Source: Epiperipatus broadwayi (Eukaryota > Animalia > Onychophora). Taken from it: a stretch of 64,000 bases of DNA. The notes under the pieces were generated by a model, which worked only from the letters and a program-made list of their open reading frames with translations, was not told the origin of the DNA and made no database searches. The DNA lies in the NCBI GenBank assembly GCA_028023455.1, contig JAQFVV010000001.1, positions 7,068,001 to 7,132,000 on the forward strand, in the 5' to 3' direction. A program made the position numbers and the translations under genes. Shown piece after piece: positions 53,049-64,000 of this stretch (its first letter is position 1; each line of letters begins with the position of its first letter).

Positions 53049-53157
53049 ATATAAGTGTTGAATATCTTTAGAAAAATTAAACTTTATTTAAATATAATGT
53101 ACAGTACTTGGATTATTTAAATAAAATTTAATTTTTCTAGACATTCAACACTTATAT
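53049..53157. repeat. AT-rich hairpin, ~46-bp arms, 13-nt loop (Stowaway-like MITE or hairpin)
   Basis: atataagtgttgaatatctttagaaaaattaaactttatttaaatataat pairs with attatttaaataaaatttaatttttctagacattcaacacttatat. Confidence 0.8.
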
Positions 53158-53201
53158 TAGATATCACATGATCACCATCTGATGCTAGCACATAACTGTT
53201 A

Positions 53202-53443
53202 GTAAACAGGCAAAAACTCTCCATATAGTAATGCCACCTTGTGCTAACAAGAGTAATCAATGGATGCAGTGCTCTCAGATCCAAGGCTCCTCACTGATGA
53301 AGGCCACAAGCCAGAAATTAGTCTGGGGATATTGGATGAGTAGGCACTAGATAGGGATTTTATGCACAAGCCTTCTGGCATCCATTGATTACTCTGGTTA
53401 GCACAAGGTGGCACTACTATATGGAGAGTTTTTGCCTGTTTAC
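53202..53443. mobile_element. Tourist/PIF-Harbinger-like MITE, 242 bp, 66-bp TIRs, TTA target duplication
   Basis: tta|gtaaacaggcaaaaactctcc...tggatgc (53202-53267) and gcatcca...ggagagtttttgcctgtttac|tta (53378-53443); 3 mismatches. Confidence 0.8.
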
Positions 53444-54144
53444 TTATATTAGATTATGAAAACAGTACAACTAAAATACCATCATCACAAACTTTCAGGA
53501 AAACACTAAATACTAATATTAAATTGTGTGTGTTCCTTAATTACATACACCCAAGTGGTTTCAAATCAAAAGAAAAACATTTAAAAAAAAAAAATTTAAA
53601 AAGAAATCAGATTGCATTTAAAAAAAGTGTTAATGAATAATCTTTCTATGTGAATGGGGGTGGGGCACTATTACATTACTAAAAATATACAGCAAGAAAA
53701 ATAAACTTAGCATATGTTTTAGAACATTAGAACAGTTACATTTTTTTTTCTTTTAAAATAAGTTTTTTTTCTTTTCTACAGTTGACTGATTTACGATACG
53801 CATAAAGTCTTTTGTTATTCTGGAGTAAGTCTTTATGTTCAATTAAATAATTTATAATTAAACATTGTTTTTTAATTTGAATAATTTCACATAAGTAATA
53901 AACCTAAATGTACAGTAATATGTACTGCAATACAGATTTTTAAAAAATGCACTTCAATATGGATTTTTTTTTATTACGATGAAAAACTTCTATGGAAGAA
54001 TATAAAAACTCTTAAATTCAAATTTAGTTTCACTTTCTCTTTGTTTTTGCTGTACTGTACTTTTTAAACAGTGAAAATATGCATATTTTTTCCTGGTGAT
54101 ATAAAACTTTTATTTTTAGATATTGTATTTAGTCATCATTGCCA

Positions 54145-54210
54145 ATGAAAAAATCAAGAAAATCTTTGAGCTTGGAAACCAATGTGGATATTTTATGTTG
54201 ACTAGAACTG
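54145..54210 (+). mobile_element. Tigger/pogo transposase N-terminal (CENP-B HTH) relic
   Basis: MKKSRKSLSLETNVDILC*LE resembles the KRKxISLETKxDII start of pogo/Tigger transposases. Confidence 0.35.
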
Positions 54211-54701
54211 ACCATTTTTTTCCTCATAGACCCCCATTATAAATACATATTCTGTATCCGATATTCTTGTTTAACAATGAGTTTTGAAGAACCAATTGCC
54301 GTCACTAAGCAGGGTAAAGGTGTATACTTAACTTCAATCTTTTAGTTATCAATCTACATTTTATTTAGTAACTGTTATACATACTGAGACTCAATTTAAC
54401 TGAAAAACTTACAAAGTCAAAGAGAGAACAATTGATAAAAGACTCCATGCTGGTCAAGTTTGGGACTATCAGAGGTGTAATGCTGGTAATGCTATATGTG
54501 TCCAATAACTTATACATGTGCAATCCCCAACTTTCATTATATTCACCTCAGATTGTATAGAGACTTTTTCTGAGTTGAGGGCTATTCTCATTTATCTTGT
54601 GTATCTGCTAACCAGAATCAATTACACAATGTATATATGGAAAATCCAAATCATAGCCCTAACTACATACAAAATTATTCCATCTACATTTCAATAATAC
54701 C

Positions 54702-55601
54702 AGGTAAACATTAACTTTCCAGGTCATGACAAAATTTTGTAGTTCAAATTTTTTTCACCAGTGTTTCTTGTCGGATTATTTAAAAATTTGTTATGAAATA
54801 TGAAATACATGGCGGCATAAAAATATATTATAAAAAAATAATTAAATATCTGATAAAAAATAATTGATTAAAATAATAACATATTTATCCTACCAATATT
54901 CATAATTACTGTCCATTGTAGTTTTTGCTTATACAAACGATAAAATTCACAAAGCAAATTCCTGTAGGTAGGATTGGAATAAAGTATTGCTGGTAGTGTG
55001 AAATTGTTACATTATCTTGGTACATTTTTTATAATTTTTTCAAAGTTGTAAGACGTAGTTTTCAAATAGTTTTTCAGTTTTCAAACATAGTAAAATGAAT
55101 CTTGTAAATGATAATACAATTGTAGTGCCAGAGAATGAAATATTACATGTTGGAGATATTCCCACAGAAAATTGGACATCATGGCTGTTGATGGAAAATA
55201 TGTGAATTAGAGGTAAACACAAGTTCAAACATCACTGTGGTACCAGCAATACTTTATTCAAATCCTACCTATAGGAATTTGCTTTTAGGACTCGCTATAA
55301 GACTGATGCCATCTTTGCGAATTTTATCGCTTATATAAATGAAAACTACAATGGATAATAATTACGAATGTTGATAGGATAAATATGGTATTACTTTAAT
55401 AGATTATTTTTAATCACATATTTTTTATAATATAATTATTTGTTATTAATTATTTTTTTATAATATAATTTTATGCCGCCGTGTATTTGATATTTCACGA
55501 CAAATTTTTAAATAATTCTACAAGAAACACTCTGGTGAAAAAGATTTGAACTTCAAAAAAAATTCGAATTTTGTTGTGACCTGGCAAATTCATGTTTACC
55601 C
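54702..55601. mobile_element. 900-bp fold-back element with ~290-360-bp terminal inverted repeats
   Basis: 54702-54995 is the reverse complement of 55241-55601 (the right arm has two insertions). Ends aggtaaac...gtttaccc; no clear TSD. Confidence 0.85.
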
Positions 55602-58600
55602 ACTTATATATAATTGCTTATCATCAAAAATGGAAAGAATGACTTCCAATATGCTGTTATTTCATAAAAATTGCAACAATAACAAATCATACATAAAAAA
55701 CCTATTTTGGCACATACTTTAGTACCCGTTTCAAATATTAATAATTTATTATTACATTAATGAATTACATATACAATGTTATCTAGTGTTTCATAATAGA
55801 AGTAAAACAACAAAAATAAAACATTAGCAAAATAGAATAAAACTTTCATATAGAGATGCAATATAACTTGAAAATTTTTTTTATTATATAATATAACAAT
55901 ATACAAAACAATACAGTCTTTATACAACTTTATATATATTGTCTTACATAATTTTCTATTCATTTTGTTAACTAAATTTATCAAAGTTTTATAAAATATT
56001 CATACAATTATTTAAGTTAGGCTTAATGCAATATGCTTCATATATTTGTTTTCTCTTTGGATTTTTAATATAATTTAAATGTTTTGTATTTTTTATAGCA
56101 TCTATTTTCTGTCCATATGTTAAGTAATGAAAGTATATAAGCCAATTTATTATCTTGTCTATTAAATACATTGTTATGATTTTTGGTTCTTACCTCTAAC
56201 TGTTTCCCTTTAGGTTTTTTTTTTGTAATCCTAATCAATGCCAGAATAACAATGGTTCCATCTTATACTAACTTATCAAAGATATATAAAGGTAACATAT
56301 ATTTAAACAATTACTAATAAATACAAAATTTAAATTAACCAAGATATAATTAAAACTCCAAATTAAATTGTATAGAGTTAGAACAAACATTTATTCTTTT
56401 TTGGTATCTTTTTAAAACATATCTGAACAATAATTTAACATGTAGAGAATAATCCAAAGCTTAATACGACTGGAATAAATACACAAAGAATTATCCCACT
56501 GAATATTAATAAAACAATCCATACAATTATATAGGTTATTTTTAATTACTTATTTTTTGATAAATATTGAGTTATTATTCAGATATGTGTTTGAAATCTG
56601 TTAAAATAATAACCGTTATAATTTAAATCAATTAATTTGGAGGTTTAATTATACTTCAATTAATTTAAAATTGGTATTTATTTGTGATTGTTAAAATATG
56701 CATTGTCTTTATACATTTTTGACAAGCCAGTACAGTGTAAGATGGGACCAATCTTATGCTAGTTTTTGCTAAATAATTACAGAGAAGAAATATATTTGTA
56801 CTGTATTGTTTTAATGACATATGACCAAATATAGTTCTTTGCACAATTATTCTCATTATGTTTTGTATTTTTCTATTACATTTAATTGTTATTCAGAGCT
56901 GCATTTAAAAGGTTTATTCTGCTTAATAGTATCAATTTATATTTTGTTTCTAAGTTTGATTTTTTAGATCAACATTGAATTTTCATATTTTGACAAGCAA
57001 ATATAAGGGAGATTTACTTATGTTGGTCATTGCTAAGTAATTGCAAATAAATATTATAATGATACTGGATTGTTTTATTGGCATATAAATTGGATATATA
57101 TGATGTATGCTCTTTGCACAATATACCTATGATCCAGTCATTACTTATGTTCTTAGGTGAATGATCATTTATTTTTTACTGAATTAAAGAAAGCACTAAG
57201 AATACCAGATCACTTATATATTCCTTTTTGCACATATGATCAAAATTAGATTGAGTAAAACATAAGTATTAGATCAAATTATATAATATATATAGTTTAA
57301 TAAAACCTTGCTTAACAGAAATCCATAAAAATTAATTAATAAAGACACTGTAAAAAAGAAATTATTAATAATTCATAAAATATAATTATTTAGACTAAAG
57401 CACCAACAATATTATATTTTAGATTAAATAAATAATTTTAATAAAATTTAAGGCAATGACAGTATTTATAAAATCACATTCCCTTTTTTATCTTTTCATT
57501 TGTTTAAATAATTGAAAGTAAAATAATTATAATAGATATATGTGTGTGTGTGTGTGATATTTGTTCATTTACATGTGTACCAGAATAGCTAGAAAAATCT
57601 TTATGTAACATTTGATGAATTTACTTTCTTTTAAAACAAATTACTAATTTCACTTATGTATGTACTGTGAGCATGTATTCAATATACAAAGATATGTAAC
57701 AACAAATATCAAAATTGTAATATAATTATTAAAAGTTAAATATTCTATTTAAATATTATAATGGCAGATTTATCTGAATACATTTTAAAAAGTCCATGTA
57801 GATATGAGTTATTTCTAGAGCTGTACATTTTTCTTAATTCTTAATTTTAATTTGGCTTAGTTATTTGCTAGCATATATTCAATAATCTTACAGGTCAAAT
57901 AATTGATGCTTCATGTTTTTGGTTAATGCAGCTTCAAAGATATTTTGCAATGGTTAAACTGTCCTTTAAGACATGAAGCAGCTAATCCAAGCCTTTGGTT
58001 TATCTAATCTCTCAAAGCTTTCATTTAACAGCCTGTTCAGAAATTAGAATGTCATAGTGTAGATATTCTCTCATGCTATATTGAAACCACTATTATTATC
58101 TGGGAGTAACTCTTATTTTAACTGCAAAATACTCTCACATACATTCAAATAATTTAATTTGTTCTGCCTTTTATAAATTTTCTCCAAAACACATTTCACT
58201 CTGTTAATCAATAGGTGTTTTTCTCAATATAATTTACGTAATTATTTTTTTTTCCAAACTCACTAATTAGTTCATTCAGTAATCTGTCTCCATATCTGTT
58301 TACATATCCTGTCATTTTGATTAAACTGCAAAGATTTCCCACAAACATACATTTAATAAAATATTTAAAAGAGTTTTTTTTTTAAATTAATATTATGATA
58401 TTTAAAGAAAACATCTAATTTAAAGTTTAAACATAAACAAGTATAATTTATATCTTGAAACTTAAATAAAGTAATATATATAGTCCAATACACCCACAAC
58501 AAAGATTTGTAAAAAATTTAATAAACACCACAATAATAAAGATAATAATAATTCATAAAATATATTTTAAATTAATTAAATAATTCTCACATACAGTATT

Positions 58601-58793
58601 TATAAAATTACTCCCCCCCCTTTTTTTTTTTAATATATATTTTGTTTAAATAAATGAAAGCAAAATGATTTTTATATATTTTGTTTAAATAAATGAAAGC
58701 AAAATGATTTTTTATAAATGATTCTTTTTAAATACACCACATGTGTGAAATCCTTTTTTTAAATATGTATATAATAACAAGCAGCCTTTTATT

Positions 58794-59571
58794 CTAGTGT
58801 CATCTATAATATATAAGGTATATGAGCACAGACTTTCAGACGACCCATCACTCTCCACTCTATCTAATAACACTGATATCATATATGCTGAAAAGATAAA
58901 TAATCACCAATAAACGTATTTCATGCTAAACCAGCAATCATCAGTTGGTCCAGATTATCATCTTCCACACATATATACTATAAGTGCTCATATATATATT
59001 AAGATAGACAATCTTCATTCTTCACTGGACAGGCTCCAATCTACTACACACTCCAACTCTTCAAACGTCCATCCAATTGAAAATCTAATGATGGAATGCT
59101 TGAAGGCCACCCTGAGGCTGAGATTCTTGTCACACCCATGTTGACCTAAGGTCAATCTGAACCTCACATGTACAGGACATAATCCATTTAATACATATCC
59201 AAGGATGGGCAGACATCTCTACAATGTAATAAGTGAAACACAGGCTTATTATATACCTGTGTCTATATATGTAATATATAGGGTATATGAGCACAGACTT
59301 TCAGACGACCCATCACTCTCCACTCTATCTAATAACACTGATATACTCAAGCACATATATGCTGAAAAGATAAATAATCACCAATATTCATATTTCATGC
59401 TAAACCAGCAATCATCAGTTGGTCCAGATTCTCATCTCCCACACATATATACTATAAGTGCTCAGATATATATTAAGATAGACAATATTCATACTTTAAT
59501 GTACAGGCTCCAATCTTCTACACTCTCCAACTCTTCAACCATCCATCCAATTGAAAATCTGATGATGGAAT
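58794..59571. repeat. Direct tandem duplication (period 465 bp, ~1.7 copies) of the same repeat as 46229-46920
   Basis: gagcacagactttcagacg at 58824 and 59289. The unit plus spacer aligns to the reverse complement of 46500-46915; explains the near-identical ORFs 58923-59144 and 59205-59573. Confidence 0.9.
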
Positions 59572-61189
59572 AAGATTGAATAATTAATGACTATTCCCAG
59601 ACAGTAATCATTTTCAATTCCAATTTACTATTCAAACTAAAAGCCTGAAATTTAAAACATTCCAAGCTTTAGAATCTGCCTGAAGCACTGTTGAATATTA
59701 GAAACAGCAAACAATCATTTAGTCCCTTAGTTTATCCAGTTTATAATAAAACCTGAGCATCTCTCCATTTTTGTACCACCTATAGTAAACTTGAGTAATC
59801 AATAATTATTAAATGATATTGCATTTAAATCACTATCCCTAGAGCAGTTTCTGGTTTCTGATATTATTATTGTGGCTTAGAATTAAAAAAAAAATAGTTG
59901 TGTATTTATCAGTTTCATTTAAGTCTGTTTTATTAATTAAGCAATTTGCCTGAAAATTCAAAACAATTTAAAATTTAAAACCCAAATCAATTTATCTGGA
60001 TAGTTACATAAATCTGATACCAGATCAATAAATATGAATATTAATATCAGTTATTTGTTAATTGTAGCCAATCTCAAGGTATTTTTAATTTCAAGATGTT
60101 TACCTGAATAGTAAAATAGACTTAAAGATAATTTTTGAATGCACATTTGCATAACTTACAATTCTGAATCCCAAGCCTTATTAATAAAGAAAAACAATAG
60201 AAACTATCTGTAGTATTTATATACTCAATAAATATTTAAGGTTAAATATCATCAAGAATAGTCCATACGTATAAGTAACTAAAAGATTTTAAAAAAGATT
60301 AAATGTATAAATTAAAGAAAACAGAAAGAGAAGCATTTAGAAATTTGATTGCAACAGAGATAGTTGTGTAATTAGAAATTTTCTTTACAGTCTGATTAAA
60401 AAGTATTGAAGAGCAAGTTTTTTTTGTTTTTTTTTGTTTTCAAGTTTGAGAACTGATTAGTGAAAAGATTAAACAACTTAAAATAGAAGATCTGGAAAGT
60501 GGCAATAATTAAATTCTTGACAAAGGAATTTATGTAATGAGAAGAATCAGATAAGGAAAAAACTACAGTCTGTATAAACTCAGTATTTTGGCAGTGAAGT
60601 ACTTTTTCCTCCACTTGTAAAATTTGTATGTTCTAGTAACTAGTATTGTTTGCATCAAGTTGTCATGCTCCAGTGCAGAAGTAAACCCAGAGACTCGGAC
60701 TTGAACGTACAGAAACCTGACTAATTTTTAAACAGATCATTCTGATCTTATTTTTTGTTATATAAACCTAAAGGTCTACCAGGTTTTAATATTGGAAAAC
60801 TTGTAGCATACTTCACTGAGTTGTTGAGAGAGAAATGCAATAAGGATGACTGTAATTTTCCGAACAGTAAATTAAGAATTTAATAACTATATTTAGAAAC
60901 AGACTATCCTTTTATCTATATATGAGATATATGTATGCATATATTAGATATAAGTATATATAATCAAATTTTGCTATATTTGAAACATCTAATAATCTCA
61001 CTATTTTATTTGGTGTTTCTCAGTTGAGTTGCCAGGGAAATTCATCACAATAAATGGGGTAGTCAGAAATTCGAATCTAATGATAGGGAAGAGTCAAGAA
61101 TTGTATTGGCAAGCAATTGTAATGATTGATGGGGAAATCAAAAGGTAAAATGTCAATATATCAAGGGTATATCTTAGAATTCGATATAG

Positions 61190-64000
61190 GAAATGCAGTG
61201 CAATCACTTTTTATGTAATTCAGCTTAAAAAAGTGTTCAGCAAAAATAATAATATTAGGAAGGTAGCTGCTTTGTTGTGTTTGGCAGGGAAAAAAGTAAT
61301 AGAAATTATTAACAAGTTGTTTTAGGAACCTATAACTGAGGCAATGAGATATGAGGAGGTAGTGAATAAGTTAACAGAGCATTTCAGCCCATGGCTCTCT
61401 AGACACATTGCTAGGTTTACACTATGAAAATAAGACAGATGAAATGAGAAAAAATAAAGCCCTTTGACAGTGTTACATCATCCAGTGAAAAATTGTCAGT
61501 GTGATGAATACGGAGAACAGGTGTTGGATTAATTGCTATGGTGGATGAAAGGTTAAGACAGAATTTGTTGACTGAAACTGAATTATCATATAAAACAGTG
61601 ATCAAAAAAGGGATCATTTATGAATTAATAATTGAACAAATCTCACTTTTAGAAGTGAAGCAGAAGAAAAGGGCAGAACATCAATCTATAAAATGGATGA
61701 AAGCATGTTACCAATAAATTATAAAACAAGTAGTGAAACAATACCATTAGAAAAATATTTTTGCTGTGGTAAAACAGGACATTTAGCAAAGAATTATAAA
61801 TGGCAATGAGAAAGCTGTTTTAATTGCAGAAATAGAAGTCATTTGGCACAGTTTGCAAAAAATCCAGGTCAAAAGATAAAAGAGTCATAACCAAACAGGG
61901 GAGGTAAGCAAAAGGAAGTTAATATAAAAAATAGTGTGATATTTCATATGCAAAATCAATTTATTCTATAAGTTAAAATATGTAACACAACTTGAAATGG
62001 AGATTGATAGCAGCTCAGATATTTCCCTAGGGTTTGATAACTAATGGAAGGAAATAGCAAAAGGATATAAAGAGGTTAAAATGAAAAAGACATATCAAAG
62101 TTAAAGATGTAAGTGAAAACTCACTAATGTTAATGCTTCAATTACATACAGAGACAAAGTAAGCTATTTGCCAAGTTATATTGTGAAAAGACAAAATTGT
62201 CTCATAATTGGTAAAAGTTGGTTTCATGAGTCAGGAATTAATATATTTATTGTTAAAAACATTTCTATTGAACAGGAAATGTTAAAAATTACCTAGAGTT
62301 ATTTAGGGAAGAGCTAAGATTTATAAAGGTAAACCCATTAGAAGTAGAATTAAGTGAAAACACACAGCTAATGGTTTGTAAGCTGCAGAAAATTCCATTT
62401 CTGCAAGGAAAAATTAAAAACATTGGTTGCTAGAGACATGTTAACCCTAATAGAAGATGCAGAATGGGTCATGCCCATAGTGGTGATATGCAAAAACTAA
62501 TGGTCAAATCAGAATGTGCAGGGATTACTGTGTGACAGTGAATAAATATTTTAATAAAGTGCTTAGCTGGTATTTAGCATTAGAGATATTTTAGCAAATT
62601 TGCCAAACTTGACCTTAACTCCACCTATCATCAAATTAAAATAACAGAGAAATCAGCAAGAATCTTGACATTAACCACATTGTATGGTTTGTTTAAACGT
62701 AACCTTTTACCATTTGGATAATGCTACAGGGCTGAACATTTTTCGGATGAAATTAAACTTATTGTTACAAGAGTATAAAAGTGTAATAGCGACTTCTGGT
62801 GAATTGTTAAGATCGAGAATTTTGAAAGTTTGTGAGAAATTAAGTAAGGTAGGGGGTTAAGCTAAACCTTGAAAAATGTGTATGGAAGATCAAGAGTTAA
62901 AATTTTGGAGGCACAGCATTTCAGATAGAGGAAAATGTGCTTTAAATGATAAAGTCAGGCCTATTAGAAATGCTGAAAGACCTTCAGGCATTTTTAAGGC
63001 TAGTAAATTTTTTTTTATATATATGTCAAAGCATTGACCAGGAAGCAAACCCAGGCCAGCCGCTTAGGCAGCTATGCTAACTGCTAGGTCACCAATGCTT
63101 GACTGGCTAGTAAATTTTTTTCAAGCCATTTTTAAAGAATAAGGCTATGATTGCAAAACCATTATATGAATTATTGCACAAAGGGTAGAGATGGGTAGGG
63201 ACAGAAATTCAAGACAGAGCATTTGAAAGTAAAAAACTTTTATCAGCAGATATGCTGTTGGTGCATTTTTATAGTGAGTGTGAAGTTAGGATTTCTACAG
63301 ATGCATAAGACTGGGGTAAAAGGGTGTTAGCTTACTCTAGAGATAGTAGTGAGCATCTCATGGCATATGCATCTAGAACATTGTCAAAAGCAGAATGAAA
63401 CTACAATCAAATTGATAAGGAAATATTGGTGATTATTTTTACCATTAAAAAATATCATCAATTTGTTTTTGGACATAGATTTGAAATGATTACAGATCAT
63501 ATGACTTTGTTGGGTATTTTGAGAAGTAACTGTAAAAGTGCCTGAGAATTTAAGTCTGTGAATGTTATGATGGCAAAATGTGTTAGTAACATACAATTAT
63601 ACATTAAAATATAAACAGATAATCAAGAGCCAATCAGTAGAGAGGTTGAGATAAATTATGTTGACAGCATAAACTCACAAGTGTTAAATAGTAATGCATT
63701 ACAAAAGTGGACTAGTGAAGATAGAAAAATGTATGATATTCTGACGAACTGAACTAAGAAGGGCTGGTCTAAAACTAGATCTAGTTATGTGGCAGTGGGA
63801 TTTTTGGGCTAATAGAGATCAGTTATCTGTCTATAGAGGGTACATAGTAATGGGGAGTAGAGTTCTTATACCACTTGCAGGGGGGGGGGGATAAAGTTTT
63901 AAAATTAACATGAATGGCATCCAGGATAAGTGCATGAGAAAACGGTGGAACATAGCTATATCTGATGGCTGCAAATTAATGCAGGTATAGAAAACTACAT
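61190..64000 (+). mobile_element. Degenerate Ty3/Gypsy (Mag-like) retrotransposon gag-pol, running off the window
   Basis: Gag KVAALLCLAG...YEEVVNKLTEHFSP; two CCHC knuckles (~61760-61860); RT EWVMPIV, GQIRMCRDYCVTVNK, KLDLNSTYHQI and LPFG; RNase H STDA*DWG, AYASRTLSKAE*NYNQIDKE and TDH; integrase HPG...SYI*W. Many stops. Confidence 0.9.

Noticed and set aside
56194-56262. Minus-strand open stretch ending at a GTAAG donor (GTIVILALIRITKKKPKGKQLE)
   Set aside because: The acceptor lacks a pyrimidine tract and the phase does not join the other candidate exons.
58923-59573. Paralogous 73-aa and 122-aa ORFs that look like a duplicated small gene
   Set aside because: They lie wholly within the 465-bp tandem repeat, whose 46-kb relative has indels and stops in these frames.
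1-64000. CRISPR array or prokaryotic operon
   Set aside because: No regularly spaced short repeats with unique spacers; the spliced gene structure and TE content are eukaryotic.

Overview
AT-rich, CpG-poor eukaryotic (arthropod-like, possibly chelicerate; an inference) genomic DNA, not prokaryotic. The main gene is integrin-linked kinase (Ilk), + strand. Seven GT-AG exons (10935-11020, 14228-14337, 15135-15256, 23269-23390, 32485-32584, 37529-37659, 37863-38009) splice in phase into the whole pseudokinase domain through the stop codon. I did not find the ankyrin-repeat exons, which probably lie upstream of the window. A second, unidentified gene probably ends convergently at 48032 (- strand). 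The rest is intronic or intergenic DNA full of decayed transposons: two abutting non-LTR RT elements, a two-LTR Gypsy provirus with PBS, PPT and TSD inside an Ilk intron, two Mag-like Gypsy relics, RTE, piggyBac, hAT and Tc2/pogo relics, and many fold-back/MITE-like inverted repeats. Most short ORFs in the supplied track are spurious or TE fragments. I found no demonstrably new biological system. The best leads are (i) a ~465-bp repeat with a tRNA-like A/B-box end that occurs as a long palindrome, a short TIR element and a direct tandem; (ii) a nested three-copy inverted rearrangement at 1.26-2.02 kb; and (iii) the orphan convergent gene with a possible 15-nt microexon. All alignments and translations were done by eye; no database searches were run.
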